Virus record (IMG/VR): IMGVR_UViG_2541047879_000004
Span: 1 to 52,210 of that record
Strand: one strand, 5' to 3'
Origin: a virus
Taxonomy: Duplodnaviria > Heunggongvirae > Uroviricota > Caudoviricetes
Length of the DNA stretch: 52,210 nucleotides
Within the stretch, counting starts at the first letter, position 1; each line of letters opens with the position of its first letter. Both the position numbers and the translations under genes were made by a program. Positions 1-9,454 of this stretch are shown piece by piece. The notes under the pieces are model-generated. The model had not been told where the DNA came from. It saw only the letters and a program-made list of their open reading frames with translations, and made no database searches.

Positions 1-1131
1 TCAAATGACCAGTTTTTTCCATTCCTTACCGCGTGCGTCGTTGTAAATATCGGTCATTTTTTGATTCGAATGGCCCAGCAAAATTTTGGTATCAACCCCC
101 TGCTCTCTGAACAATCGCTCTGATAAAGATCTCTGCTCATGGAAAGAGGGTGGGGTGCCATTAGCACGCCAGTTGTAATCCACAGAATCCCGGGCTTTTT
201 TAAATGCAACGGTTAATGTTGCTGGCTTAACCATCCCGCCGCGCTTAGCTGTCCCTTTCGCGTGATGGTGGTGCAATAGCCACGGACTAAGAACGCAATC
301 GCGGCAGGATGACACCACATCATCTAGGGTGAGATTTAATTTATCGCAACGCAGAGCCAGAGGGATGGCAATCCGGGTTCCTGTTTTTTGCTGTTCGACA
401 TGAAGATAACCATCCCGGATATCCGAAAATTGCATTTTGCAAATATCTGAAAGGCGCTGGCCTGTCATCAGTGCCAGCAGCATACCGCGCTGTAAAAAGT
501 AACCATCCTTTTCCGCTGCGTTATAAATCATCATCCACTCATCAAAAGTCAGTCGCTGTCTTGATATCCGCACCTGCGGTTTTTTTGCCGATTCTGCAGG
601 GTTAAAGCCTGGCGGGACATCGCCCGTTTGCTGAGCTTCCCGGAAAACATCGATCAGTACCTTCCTGAAAATTTGTCCCATTCTGTTATGTCCTCTGGCC
701 TTGTACTCTTCCAGTACTGATACCACATCTTTTACGGTTATGGCATCTAACGGTCTGGTGCCAAAACGTTCATCAAATACCCTGAGAGGGGCCGCTTTCT
801 GTTTCAGCGTGTTGAGTTTGATCTCGCCGTTTTCATATCTTTCCTGTTGAATTTTTCTGTAATTATTCAGAAAAATGGTAACGGTTGATGAACCGCCGGT
901 ATCACTAATAATTTTCTCCTGCAGACTGAGCATTTGTTCCATTTGCTGCCGGGCAAGACGGCTGTTCGCTTCTGCTGCAATAGTTTCTGCCAGTTTCTGG
1001 TCAATACTGCCGAGACCGTGATTTTTGCCTGTTATGGGATGCCTGTAACGCCAGTAAACTTTGTTATTTCTTTTGTCAAAATACGGAGATAATCCCGGAA
1101 CATTGGTTTTATATTTTCGCGGGCGCGCCAT
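1..1131 (-). CDS. int: Tyrosine site-specific integrase (lambda Int family)
   Basis: 376-aa ORF; C-terminal HEQRS...LLGHSNQKMTDIY...REWKKL resembles lambda Int catalytic region (HxxR, terminal Tyr); overlapped by xis. Confidence 0.9.
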   Translation of the reverse strand: MARPRKYKTNVPGLSPYFDKRNNKVYWRYRHPITGKNHGLGSIDQKLAETIAAEANSRLARQQMEQMLSLQEKIISDTGGSSTVTIFLNNYRKIQQERYENGEIKLNTLKQKAAPLRVFDERFGTRPLDAITVKDVVSVLEEYKARGHNRMGQIFRKVLIDVFREAQQTGDVPPGFNPAESAKKPQVRISRQRLTFDEWMMIYNAAEKDGYFLQRGMLLALMTGQRLSDICKMQFSDIRDGYLHVEQQKTGTRIAIPLALRCDKLNLTLDDVVSSCRDCVLSPWLLHHHHAKGTAKRGGMVKPATLTVAFKKARDSVDYNWRANGTPPSFHEQRSLSERLFREQGVDTKILLGHSNQKMTDIYNDARGKEWKKLVI

Positions 1132-1357
1132 CTTCCAGTATCCTCTTCAAAGCAGGGTGATCTGTGGCGATCACCTCCGGCTTGTTTACCATTCCGACAA
1201 AGCGAGCTTGCGGATCCACTCGCCAGCGTCTTCCAACTTTTTTGGGGAGAGGAAATATCATTCCGGCTTTAGCGTATTTACTTAACGTACTCGGAGTTGG
1301 GACCGGTTCACTGAATTCCTCTTTTGCCCACTCAGTGAGCAGAATAAGTCTTGCCAT
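1109..1357 (-). CDS. xis: Excisionase-like protein
   Basis: 82-aa ORF directly upstream of and overlapping int start, typical xis-int arrangement. Confidence 0.65.
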   Translation of the reverse strand: MARLILLTEWAKEEFSEPVPTPSTLSKYAKAGMIFPLPKKVGRRWRVDPQARFVGMVNKPEVIATDHPALKRILEDGAPAKI

Positions 1358-1421
1358 GAGCGTCGTTCGCTAATCATGGTCGCCGCCACTATAGCTGGTG
1401 GGCAACGACCGGGGTTGAACA

Positions 1422-3893
1422 TTAAAAATCAGCCTGATTCGGGATCAGTTTTTGCCAGATAACTGAAACGTATTTTGCCTGGTAACGGGCGTCATCAAGT
1501 GCATTATGGCGCTCACCTTCGAATGGAATAGCCGTTCTGGCATCGAAGTCTATGGCTTTCCCCAGCTCAACGATTGTGCGTACATCGCGATCGTTGTAGT
1601 AACGCCACGGGCAGGGGATCCCCTGCCGTTCGTATGAACGGCGCAAAATCGTGTTGTCGAAGTTGGCTCCATTTCCCCAGACCTGAACAAAAAATTCACC
1701 GGAGTTTTCGTCGATAAATTCCCGCAATTGTAACAGTGCATCATCTAACGGGATTTCATCGGTCATAATGGCAGACTGCGCTTCACGTGATTGCTTCAGC
1801 CACCTTTTAATGACGTCACGATCAATGACTCCGCCAGCAGTTTCCAGATCGATAGTCTTACTAAATTCCGGTCCCATATCTCCGGTTTGCGGATCGAAAA
1901 ATATTGCACCTATTGAGATAATCGGGGCATCAGGATTTTTTCCCATGGTTTCAAGGTCGATCATTAGATGGTCACACGTCCTGCTGGTGGATGTGATAAC
2001 GTGATGACCGTTCATCGTAATTAAGGGATCTGCCGTCTCGCCAGTTTCACTATCGCTGGCGTGATCCTGAGCGCTACCAGCATTCTCCTTGTGTGGATGT
2101 TCAGCGCCTTCCATTTCCTTCGGATCATTTTCCTGAACTTCAACCTGATTCGCTTCATCGAATGTTTCCTGGTATGTTGCGTCACCCATCACCGCGCCAC
2201 AATCAGGGCAGTTGCCGCCACCGCTTTGACCGCAGGCGGTGCAGACTTTTTCCGGTTCCTGTTGCGCTACTGGCTCAGGTTGTTTCGTTTCTGGCTCGTT
2301 TTGTTGCGTATTTGGGCTGTTTTGTTCCGCTTTCTGGTCGTTCTGTTCCGATTCTTGCTGGTTCTGGTTTACAGAATCGCGGGTTTCAATCCCCTTTACC
2401 CATTTCGGATCATTCGGGTCGCTAATCCCTGCAACAAATTCTCCGCGAGAGGCAGCAAGCAACTTATCGGCGTCAGGCTGGCTGATATTGGCTGCCTGCA
2501 TAATTTTGTTTACTTCGTCAGCGGTAACTTTTACCGGCTCTGGTTGTGCGGTCGTGTCAGATGCACCAGTATTTTGTTGTGAACCTGAGTACGTGCCGTT
2601 TTTACGTGCGAAGTATTCCTCTTTTGTGATTTCCGTAGCTCCCAAGGCTAGTGCTTTTTCCAGACCAGAAAGTTTGTTTGCGCGACCGTATTTTTCGCCA
2701 TCCTTGTCGGTGAAGAGGAAGTAGAACGGCCCCTCACGCTCTACAGATGGTTCGACTTCCACTTTGCATTCGGTTTTTTCGTTGCCCGGAATTGCCGTTT
2801 CCACTGCATCAGTTTCTGGTACTGGCGACGAGAGAGTATCAGTTGCGCTCTGATTTCTTCCTTCATCTTCAAACACGCCCTTTGTAGTCAGGTATTCGCA
2901 GATATATTTGTTCAGTGCTACGGGATCTTTGTGAATGTCGATCGGACGCTCACGGACAAGGCCAAAAATAGTTTGGCGGTCGTAGCGAAGGGCATCAGGC
3001 TGTTTGCGCATTGATGCCGAGATACGCTTCCAGTCTTCGCGGTCGTTGTCGATAACTTCATTTTTTGCCCAGCGATGGATGCTGCCGTCAATGTTTCCGG
3101 CATCCACATCACCAGGCCAGAGAGCGCAGGCCAGTTCGTCATCCAGTGTTTTCCATGTCTGCTTGTATTCGCGATGAATGGCAGCAATGACCGGGCTGAT
3201 TTTTCCTGTTGAATTTTCAGTGTACTGTTGATTGGCTCTGGCGCGGGCGAGATCAACAACAGACGTGTATTTTCCGGTTTCCTTGCGTTCACCTTCGCGA
3301 CGTTTTTTCCAGATGCGCATCTCTGCCTGAATTTCGGGCCATTTAGCACCAGGAATACATTTATGCTTAACCCACCCAATGGCGTGCAACTTAAGCTCCG
3401 GATACATGGCGTTAACTTCTGGCATTTTCATCAACGCTTCAACGATATGTCCGTCGAATGTTGCCATGTCTTCCTGCAACAATTCCTGTGCGCTAATAAC
3501 CATATCAACGGTGATGTTTTCACATGTGTCGAACTTAACCATGACAGCGTTCTGTACTTCAGGGGCCAGCTTGTCAAAAGTGACGTTCATCGGATCGGAT
3601 TCAGTCTCAACCGGGACAAAAGAAGCAGACTCCTCATCCCAGCGGTTTTCCTGCATATATTCAGCATCCCATGAATCGAGGGCAGGGCGGGGTATGCCAG
3701 GTTTATCCTCGCAGACAATAAATTTATAAGCGCAGTCCTGAGCAGCCGGATAATGTTCCAGGAATTGCCAGTGAAATTTTGCTCGAGCACGGCGTTCGTC
3801 GCCAGCTTCAATGGCTGTGGCTACAGCCACAGCGCCTTCTTCCCTTGTTGCCAGTTCGTCAGGAATAGCGGCGCAAATAAAGACTTTACTCAT
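1422..3893 (-). CDS. Putative exonuclease with C-terminal DEDDh (DnaQ-like) 3'-5' exonuclease domain; start chosen at MSKVF
   Basis: C-terminal motifs MIDLETMG ... VWGNGANFD ... HNALDDA; central acidic Q/E/P-rich low-complexity linker; lambda exo-position. Confidence 0.6.
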   Translation of the reverse strand: MSKVFICAAIPDELATREEGAVAVATAIEAGDERRARAKFHWQFLEHYPAAQDCAYKFIVCEDKPGIPRPALDSWDAEYMQENRWDEESASFVPVETESDPMNVTFDKLAPEVQNAVMVKFDTCENITVDMVISAQELLQEDMATFDGHIVEALMKMPEVNAMYPELKLHAIGWVKHKCIPGAKWPEIQAEMRIWKKRREGERKETGKYTSVVDLARARANQQYTENSTGKISPVIAAIHREYKQTWKTLDDELACALWPGDVDAGNIDGSIHRWAKNEVIDNDREDWKRISASMRKQPDALRYDRQTIFGLVRERPIDIHKDPVALNKYICEYLTTKGVFEDEGRNQSATDTLSSPVPETDAVETAIPGNEKTECKVEVEPSVEREGPFYFLFTDKDGEKYGRANKLSGLEKALALGATEITKEEYFARKNGTYSGSQQNTGASDTTAQPEPVKVTADEVNKIMQAANISQPDADKLLAASRGEFVAGISDPNDPKWVKGIETRDSVNQNQQESEQNDQKAEQNSPNTQQNEPETKQPEPVAQQEPEKVCTACGQSGGGNCPDCGAVMGDATYQETFDEANQVEVQENDPKEMEGAEHPHKENAGSAQDHASDSETGETADPLITMNGHHVITSTSRTCDHLMIDLETMGKNPDAPIISIGAIFFDPQTGDMGPEFSKTIDLETAGGVIDRDVIKRWLKQSREAQSAIMTDEIPLDDALLQLREFIDENSGEFFVQVWGNGANFDNTILRRSYERQGIPCPWRYYNDRDVRTIVELGKAIDFDARTAIPFEGERHNALDDARYQAKYVSVIWQKLIPNQADF
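2270..2360. repeat. Short imperfect tandem repeats encoding acidic QQ(E/N)PE-type linker inside the exonuclease gene
   Basis: Repeated ttgtt(c/g)cg...tctgg units visible in DNA; protein QQNEPETKQPEPVAQQEPEK. Confidence 0.5.
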
Positions 3894-3985
3894 TTGTTTT
3901 AACCTCATGACAGATTTAAGGATGAACAAATCCCTGCCATTGCTGGCATATAAGAATGAAACCGGATATTTATTACGGAACTGTT

Positions 3986-4186
3986 TTAAAGACCTGCCGG
4001 GATTTCGATATTATCCTGGTGAATAACTTTATCGACCGGGTAACAGTTACCGGGAATTTTCTGTTCGGTTGCTGCAGTCATACACTCCTGCATTGTCCTG
4101 TGAACACTGACTGCAATATCAACTGGCTCTCCGGAAACAAGAAAAACTGTCAGAACAAGTGCAAATGCTGTATTCATTGCCAGCAT
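3986..4186 (-). CDS. Small hypothetical secreted protein (signal peptide, Cys-containing)
   Basis: MLAMNTAFALVLTVFLVSGEP... hydrophobic N-terminus; RBS-like aaaagga upstream. Confidence 0.35.
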   Translation of the reverse strand: MLAMNTAFALVLTVFLVSGEPVDIAVSVHRTMQECMTAATEQKIPGNCYPVDKVIHQDNIEIPAGL

Positions 4187-4362
4187 CCTTTTTGTATCGG
4201 ACGTAAACGGGCCAGCATTGAAAGAATGCATATTTTATTTAATAGCTCCCGTTCGTGTTTTCTCTTGTTAATGGCATCTTCAGTAAATACAGGGTTACTG
4301 ATATTGACACCAATTTCAAAACAACCTTCAGACGTATTAACGTTTGGTAATAACGTTTCCAT
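4174..4362 (-). CDS. Small hypothetical early protein
   Basis: ORF from METLLPNVNTSEG with gagga RBS. Confidence 0.3.
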   Translation of the reverse strand: METLLPNVNTSEGCFEIGVNISNPVFTEDAINKRKHERELLNKICILSMLARLRPIQKGCWQ

Positions 4363-4930
4363 TATCGCGTCCTCAACAATGAATTTTGTGATGCGGTGCC
4401 TGGTGCCTCCAGGTGACGTTAACCAGTTAACAATTAACGCCGGATACAGAGAATCCACCCATAACACTGTTTTTGGTTTTAACTGTTCCGCGTGCGCTCA
4501 GCCGCATTCACCACATCACAAAATTCACTTTAAAAAGGGCGGCATAGCAGTCACGGAGTAAAACTGATACCGCCAAACGTCACCAGAAAATTGATAACAG
4601 AGGGCGTTGCAGCGGGGTTGTCACTTAAGCGTATGGTCAACCTGACAACCCGGTGTCCTCAACGGGGGAAGGAATAACCCCGCCATACTTACCGCCGCGC
4701 CATTTCGCGGATTGCCACAACCGGAAGCGCACGATCGACGAAAATTTAACGACAGGCTATCTATGAACCAGCTACCTCGCCGTGCGCTTTCGCGTTATGG
4801 TCTGACTTTTCAGGGAAATATCCTTTCAGTAAACTGTCAGTGCCGGATGCTCACCCGTGTCCGGCGCACGCACTCCACCTCACCCGTGGAGAACTCCTTA
4901 ATTACCAACCTTAGCTTCGTTGGTTAGCTA

Positions 4931-5149
4931 TTAACGCGGGTATGTAATCATTCTGGCAATGCTTAATGCCGCTGCTTTTTCCAGATTGGTGATATCCTGC
5001 TCCAGAGCGGACAGATTTTCAGCCTGCTTGGCCCTGGCTTCATTGGCCCATTTCAGATCCTGCGCTGCATTAATTTTCTGGTGCATCCACTCATAAAGTT
5101 CATCATCGGTATAGTCTGGCGCGATGATGACGGGTTCTCGTTTCTGCAT
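4931..5149 (-). CDS. Small hypothetical early protein (72 aa)
   Basis: ORF with gagg RBS, tandem with neighbouring small leftward genes. Confidence 0.5.
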   Translation of the reverse strand: MQKREPVIIAPDYTDDELYEWMHQKINAAQDLKWANEARAKQAENLSALEQDITNLEKAAALSIARMITYPR

Positions 5150-5178
5150 ACTGATTCCTCGCGGTACTGCTTCGCTTA

Positions 5179-5307
5179 TCAGCCGTTAGATTTTGCCGAG
5201 CTGGAAAGCGCCTGTTTAAACTCACTGAAGCTGAGAGCTTCTTCGCCTTCGGCAAGGCCTTCGAAGTATTCTTCGTAAGCCTTTTCCATGATTGTGTCGA
5301 AATCCAT
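5179..5307 (-). CDS. Small acidic hypothetical protein (42 aa, MDFDTIMEKAYEEYFEG...)
   Basis: Short ORF below track cutoff, gagtga RBS, start abuts stop of upstream gene. Confidence 0.35.
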   Translation of the reverse strand: MDFDTIMEKAYEEYFEGLAEGEEALSFSEFKQALSSSAKSNG

Positions 5308-5308
5308 A

Positions 5309-5464
5309 TCACTCACCTGAGTTTCTTTCCAGCCAGCGACGGGCACCATTTTCGGTTTTAAACGTTTTGCTTTTGGTATGCGTCATCGCGGTGAATGTGC
5401 CGTCCTGGTTGGGAAACACGCCGTACACCAGAGATTCGTTGTTGCCAAGATCGATAGTATCCAT
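5309..5464 (-). CDS. Small hypothetical early protein (51 aa, MDTIDLGNNESLVYGVF...)
   Basis: aagggg/gagg RBS before internal ATG of track ORF 5309..5545. Confidence 0.5.
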   Translation of the reverse strand: MDTIDLGNNESLVYGVFPNQDGTFTAMTHTKSKTFKTENGARRWLERNSGE

Positions 5465-5670
5465 GTTGACCTCATTTCCCCTTAACGCCGGGGTAGCGGA
5501 ACAAAAACCTGCTGCATAGTTATTAAAGTTGAACCCTGCCGTCATGTTCTTACGCCTCGGGCTGGCTACTTAACCCCTGACCACTGCCTGGTAACTCGAA
5601 GTATTGCCCTGCATTCTGTGGGGTGGGGTGAGGGAATGAATGAAGTTTAGAAAAATGAACTTTTCAGGTC

Positions 5671-5694
5671 AATGTTTTTTTATCAAAACATTTT
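5671..5694. promoter_or_regulatory. Palindromic operator-like site (AATGTTTTTTTATCAAAACATT) in the leftward early control region
   Basis: Inverted repeat containing GTTTTGAT-type half-site also present in the cI-cro intergenic region. Confidence 0.4.
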
Positions 5695-5756
5695 AAGCAG
5701 GCAGCTGTTAAGCCATCACCACGATGGCATACAGTTAATCAAATAGATGAGGTTGG

Positions 5757-6395
5757 TTAAATATCTTGTTGAATTTTAAAGCATACGCCCAATATGCAAG
5801 ATAGATCATCCAGCATAATTGAAGGGTAGCGAGGATTCGTGGGGACTAAAAGAATATCCGGCCCTTCTATCTCCAGTTTACGAATGACAGGTGTTGTGGT
5901 CCCTTTGGGTAAGGCAAGGACAATATTTCCTGGTTGTACGGTTCGATCGGGATCAACAAAAACTGTTGAACCATTTGGGATGGAAACCCCCCCACCAGAT
6001 GTTGACATACTGTCACTCTCTAGAACAACTGCAAAGGTATTGGCCGGGATTTCTCCGACAAGCTGCACACAAGAGGTTATTGAGGAATTTTTCATATAAT
6101 CACTCCAGCTTGCTGCCTGCTGAAGTGATAGTAGCGGAACCGTTTTTATCGGCGGTAAAGATAGATCAAGCGAATCACCTGTATTTAACTCTCCTCCATT
6201 AAGAAGCCAATTTTCGTTTACTTTCAATATCTTTGCCAGTGAACTTATGTAACGCGAGGACGGCGCTCCTCCACCGTTCATCCATTGACTTACGGAGCCT
6301 TTTGATGCGCCAGTGGCATTGACAAGGTCTTTGCCTTTCAGGTTTAGCGCATGCATACGTTGGGTTATGCGTTCAGATATTGTTTGCTTGCTCAT
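5757..6395 (-). CDS. cI: CI-like phage repressor (HTH N-domain + S24 LexA-like autopeptidase C-domain)
   Basis: N-terminal HTH (GASKGSVSQWMNG), C-terminal S24-like region; divergent from cro. Confidence 0.85.
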   Translation of the reverse strand: MSKQTISERITQRMHALNLKGKDLVNATGASKGSVSQWMNGGGAPSSRYISSLAKILKVNENWLLNGGELNTGDSLDLSLPPIKTVPLLSLQQAASWSDYMKNSSITSCVQLVGEIPANTFAVVLESDSMSTSGGGVSIPNGSTVFVDPDRTVQPGNIVLALPKGTTTPVIRKLEIEGPDILLVPTNPRYPSIMLDDLSCILGVCFKIQQDI

Positions 6396-6486
6396 GTTTT
6401 GATTTTAAAACACAGATGGTTTTGTTTCTTGACTTTCTTTGGTTTTGATTATTAAACTTTTGGCGTTCAGTTTTATGGAGCGACTC
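6396..6486. promoter_or_regulatory. Divergent immunity promoter/operator region (PRM/PR-like)
   Basis: Two copies of GTTTTGATT(T/A)T(T/A)AAAC (6396-6411, 6441-6457); TTGACT -35-like hexamer at 6429-6434 upstream of cro. Confidence 0.5.
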
Positions 6487-6729
6487 ATGAAAAAATCAGA
6501 AGTATTAGGCTATTTTGGCGGAGTTGTTAAAACAGCCGCAGCTCTAGGAACGTCAAAAACCACAGTCAGCATGTGGGGGGAAGAGGTTCCGTGGAAATGG
6601 GCGTTGCTAATTCAGGCAGTCACTGCCGGGGCGCTCAAATATGAGTTACACATACCGACGGTTGTCATTCCCGGTTCTGATCATAATCCGCCTTCTAACC
6701 AAGGGGGGATTCATGAAAATCAAGCATGA
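6487..6729 (+). CDS. cro: Cro-like HTH regulator (YdaS-like)
   Basis: 80-aa ORF from MKKSEV, ggag RBS, HTH-like GTSKTTVSMW, divergent from cI. Confidence 0.8.
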   Translation: MKKSEVLGYFGGVVKTAAALGTSKTTVSMWGEEVPWKWALLIQAVTAGALKYELHIPTVVIPGSDHNPPSNQGGIHENQA

Positions 6730-7138
6730 ACACATCCGCATGGCGATGAATGCCTGGGCGCGTCCTGATGGCGAAAAAGTTCCAGCAGCTGGAATAACCC
6801 AGGCTTATTTTGAGTTGGGTATGACGTTTCCTGAACTGTATGACGACAGCCATCCGGAAGCCTTGGCTCGCAATACCCAGAAAATTTTCCGCTGGGTAGA
6901 GAAAGACACCCCTGATGCAGTTGAAAAAATTCAGGCGTTGTTACCAGCGATCGAAAAGGCAATGCCACCTTTGCTGGTGGCCAGAATGCGCAGCCACAGT
7001 TCAGCTTATTTTCGGGAGCTGGTGGAGACGCGGGAGCGACTGGTGAGAGACGCTGATGATTTTGTCGCAGTGGCAATCGCCGGTTTCAATCAGATGAACC
7101 GTGGTGGCCCGGCAGGAAATGCTGTGGCAGTACATTGA
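6713..7138 (+). CDS. YdaT-like protein (cII-position regulator)
   Basis: MKIKHEHIRMAMNAW... 141 aa immediately after cro with aagggggg RBS; resembles Rac prophage YdaT (recalled from memory). Confidence 0.65.
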   Translation: MKIKHEHIRMAMNAWARPDGEKVPAAGITQAYFELGMTFPELYDDSHPEALARNTQKIFRWVEKDTPDAVEKIQALLPAIEKAMPPLLVARMRSHSSAYFRELVETRERLVRDADDFVAVAIAGFNQMNRGGPAGNAVAVH

Positions 7139-7209
7139 CTGACAATAGCCATATCGAATCGCTTCCGGCAACTCGTGAGTAAAAAGATTCGGTATCAGAA
7201 GAGGTGAGT

Positions 7210-8226
7210 ATGGCTAACGCCTGGCTCAGATTATGGCATGACATGCCAAATGACCCTAAGTGGCGAACAATTGCCAGGGTGTCAGGGCAGCCAATTGCAA
7301 CAGTGATGGCAGTGTATATCCACCTCCTGGTGAGCGCGTCACGAAATGTCACGCGAGGTCACATTGATGTCACGACAGAAGATTTGGCAAGTGCGCTCGA
7401 CGTGACAGAAGAGGTAATTGATTCAATTTTGCAGACGATGCAGGGGCGGGTACTTGATGGTGATTTAATCACTGGATGGGAAAAACGCCAGGTGCTTAAA
7501 GAGGACAACGGCAATATTTCGCAAACCGCAAAATCTCCGGCAGAGCGCAAGAGGGCGCAGCGTGAGAGGGAAAGAAAGCGGGAACAAAATGGCGATTGTC
7601 ACGGCGCGTCACGAAATGTCACGCACATGTCACGACAAGTCACGACAGATAAAGATACAGATACAGAATTAAACCCCACACATAACGCGCGCATGCGCGA
7701 GAGTGCTCCAACCGGTGAGTCGCATGGTGCGCCGTTGCAGACAGCCGAACCTGAATACCTGGACGGCCTGAGCGAACCGATCGGGAAATTTTCGATGACT
7801 ACTGTCTGGCAGCCGTCGTCGGATTTTCGACAACGGGCAGCAGTGTGGGGTATGGCTCTGCCTGAGCCGGAATTTACACCTGCAGAGCTTGCCGCATTCC
7901 GGGATTACTGGATGGCGGAGGGGAAGGTTTTCACGCAGGTTCAGTGGGAGCAGAAATTTGCCCGCCACGTGCAGCACGTCAGGGCACAGGTAAAACCAGT
8001 CAGCAAGGGGGTAAGCCATGCAGCATCAGGTGGCACGGCATCACGGGCAGTTCAGGAAATCCGGGCAGCACGCGAACAGTGGGAACGTGACAACGGATTT
8101 ATCAGCAACGGAAACGGCCTGGAAGCTGTGGGAGCTTATGGGGGAGGTGTATTCGAACCGCTGGACCCAGAAGAACGGGGCCGCACCTTCGAAGCTCTGG
8201 ATTGCCCAGATTGGCGCGATGACTGA
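7210..8226 (+). CDS. Putative replication initiator / replisome organiser (O-like)
   Basis: Position after cro/cII-like genes; gene contains two arrays of GTCACG direct repeats; gaggtga RBS. Confidence 0.55.
   Translation: MANAWLRLWHDMPNDPKWRTIARVSGQPIATVMAVYIHLLVSASRNVTRGHIDVTTEDLASALDVTEEVIDSILQTMQGRVLDGDLITGWEKRQVLKEDNGNISQTAKSPAERKRAQRERERKREQNGDCHGASRNVTHMSRQVTTDKDTDTELNPTHNARMRESAPTGESHGAPLQTAEPEYLDGLSEPIGKFSMTTVWQPSSDFRQRAAVWGMALPEPEFTPAELAAFRDYWMAEGKVFTQVQWEQKFARHVQHVRAQVKPVSKGVSHAASGGTASRAVQEIRAAREQWERDNGFISNGNGLEAVGAYGGGVFEPLDPEERGRTFEALDCPDWRDD
7338..7378. repeat. Iteron array 1: four tandem ~10-bp GTCAC(G/A)-initiated repeats
   Basis: GTCACGAAAT GTCACGCGAG GTCACATTGAT GTCACGACAG. 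Confidence 0.75.
7598..7680. repeat. Iteron array 2: five tandem GTCACG repeats followed by AT-rich tract (candidate origin)
   Basis: GTCACGGCGC GTCACGAAAT GTCACGCACAT GTCACGACAA GTCACGACAG then ATAAAGATACAGATACAGAATTAAA. Confidence 0.75.
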
Positions 8227-8680
8227 ACAGCAAATCCGGCTGGTCTGCCGTCAGTGCATGGACCGCTGCCGGGCGGGTGAAACGTGGCCCCCGGACCTGG
8301 CTGAGTTTGTTGCACTGATTTCGGAGAGTGGGGCAAATCCATTTGGTCTTACGGTGGATGCAGTGATGGAAGAGTACCGGCGCTGGCGCAATGAATCCTG
8401 GCGATACGACGGGAGTGATAAATACCCGTGGCCACAGCCTGTGCTGTACCACATCTGCCTCGAAATGCGTACCAGAGGGATTGAGCGCCAGATGACGCAG
8501 GGTGAGTTAAAACGACTTGCAGAACGGCAACTGACGAAATGGGCAAAGCATGTTGGTAACGGGATGAGTGTTCCGCCAGTGCGACGACAACTGGAAGGGG
8601 CGAAACACCCGCAAGGGCCAACGCCAATTGAACGGCTGAAACAGGAATACGAACGCCGGAAGGCAGCTGGTTTTATTTGA
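8219..8680 (+). CDS. Hypothetical replication-module protein (P-position)
   Basis: 154-aa ORF from MTEQQIRL overlapping upstream stop; no Walker motif seen. Confidence 0.4.
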   Translation: MTEQQIRLVCRQCMDRCRAGETWPPDLAEFVALISESGANPFGLTVDAVMEEYRRWRNESWRYDGSDKYPWPQPVLYHICLEMRTRGIERQMTQGELKRLAERQLTKWAKHVGNGMSVPPVRRQLEGAKHPQGPTPIERLKQEYERRKAAGFI

Positions 8681-8713
8681 ATCTGAGAAACGATTTTGTC
8701 GGAGGAAATTTTA

Positions 8714-9439
8714 ATGGAAACCGTATTTGACGCACTGAAAGCACTGAAAAGAGCCTCTTCACAGGTAGTGGCGGCCCGCCTTGGAATCAGCCGTAAAGAT
8801 GCGGTCAACGAACTGTGGAAACTGAAGCGCCGCGGTGAAGCGGATAACAAGGGTTCGATGTGGTGGCTGATTCAGGCTGGTGAAAGTGAACCGGTGTCAC
8901 CGGTACCGAAAGTGACAGCGCAAATGCTGACTGAGGCGATTGAACAACATGGCCCACAAACGGCGGATGAGCTGGCACTGATGTTCGGGATTACCTCCCG
9001 CCGGGCGAATTCATCGCTGGCCATGGCAATCAGCAAAGGGCGTCTGATTCGCGTGAATCAGGGCGGTAAATTTCGTTACTGCATACCGGGCGCTGATTTA
9101 CCGGCAGAGCCGGAAGCTGCATCCGTAGCGGAAACCGATGGTAAAGCCTTTCCTCAGCCAGCAGGTGTTGCGTTACCAGTTCGGGAAGCAGAAACACAGG
9201 AAGAAATAAAAACGGAAAGTGTGGCGGTCACAGTGCAGTCACAGCCGTCGTTCACCAGAAAACATCCGGATGGTCTGATTTTACCATCGCTGCATGTGGC
9301 TAACCGTGAGCTGCGCCGGGCAAAAGGTCAGGTTCAGAAGTGGGAGCGAGTCTGCGCCGCGCTGCGGGAGCTGAATAAACACCGGGATATTTTCAGTTCG
9401 ATTGCTGATATTCCGGTTCATTCACCGACAACAAAGTGA
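8714..9439 (+). CDS. Hypothetical protein with two winged-helix-like segments
   Basis: ggagga [15 protein letters not shown]... Confidence 0.5.
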   Translation: METVFDALKALKRASSQVVAARLGISRKDAVNELWKLKRRGEADNKGSMWWLIQAGESEPVSPVPKVTAQMLTEAIEQHGPQTADELALMFGITSRRANSSLAMAISKGRLIRVNQGGKFRYCIPGADLPAEPEAASVAETDGKAFPQPAGVALPVREAETQEEIKTESVAVTVQSQPSFTRKHPDGLILPSLHVANRELRRAKGQVQKWERVCAALRELNKHRDIFSSIADIPVHSPTTK

Positions 9440-9454
9440 TCTCCGGAGGTGCTT

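Noticed and set aside
2061-2724. Plus-strand ORFs (173, 110, 161 aa) inside the exonuclease gene
   Set aside because: Lie antisense to a long coherent minus-strand gene in a low-complexity repeat region; compositionally odd Cys/Phe/Leu-rich translations.
3956-4561. 201-aa plus-strand ORF in the early region
   Set aside because: Cys-rich implausible translation overlapping better-supported small minus-strand genes that have RBSs.
7338-7680. CRISPR array
   Set aside because: Repeats are about 10 bp, contiguous without spacers and lie inside a coding gene; interpreted as replication iterons. No other spaced repeat array seen.
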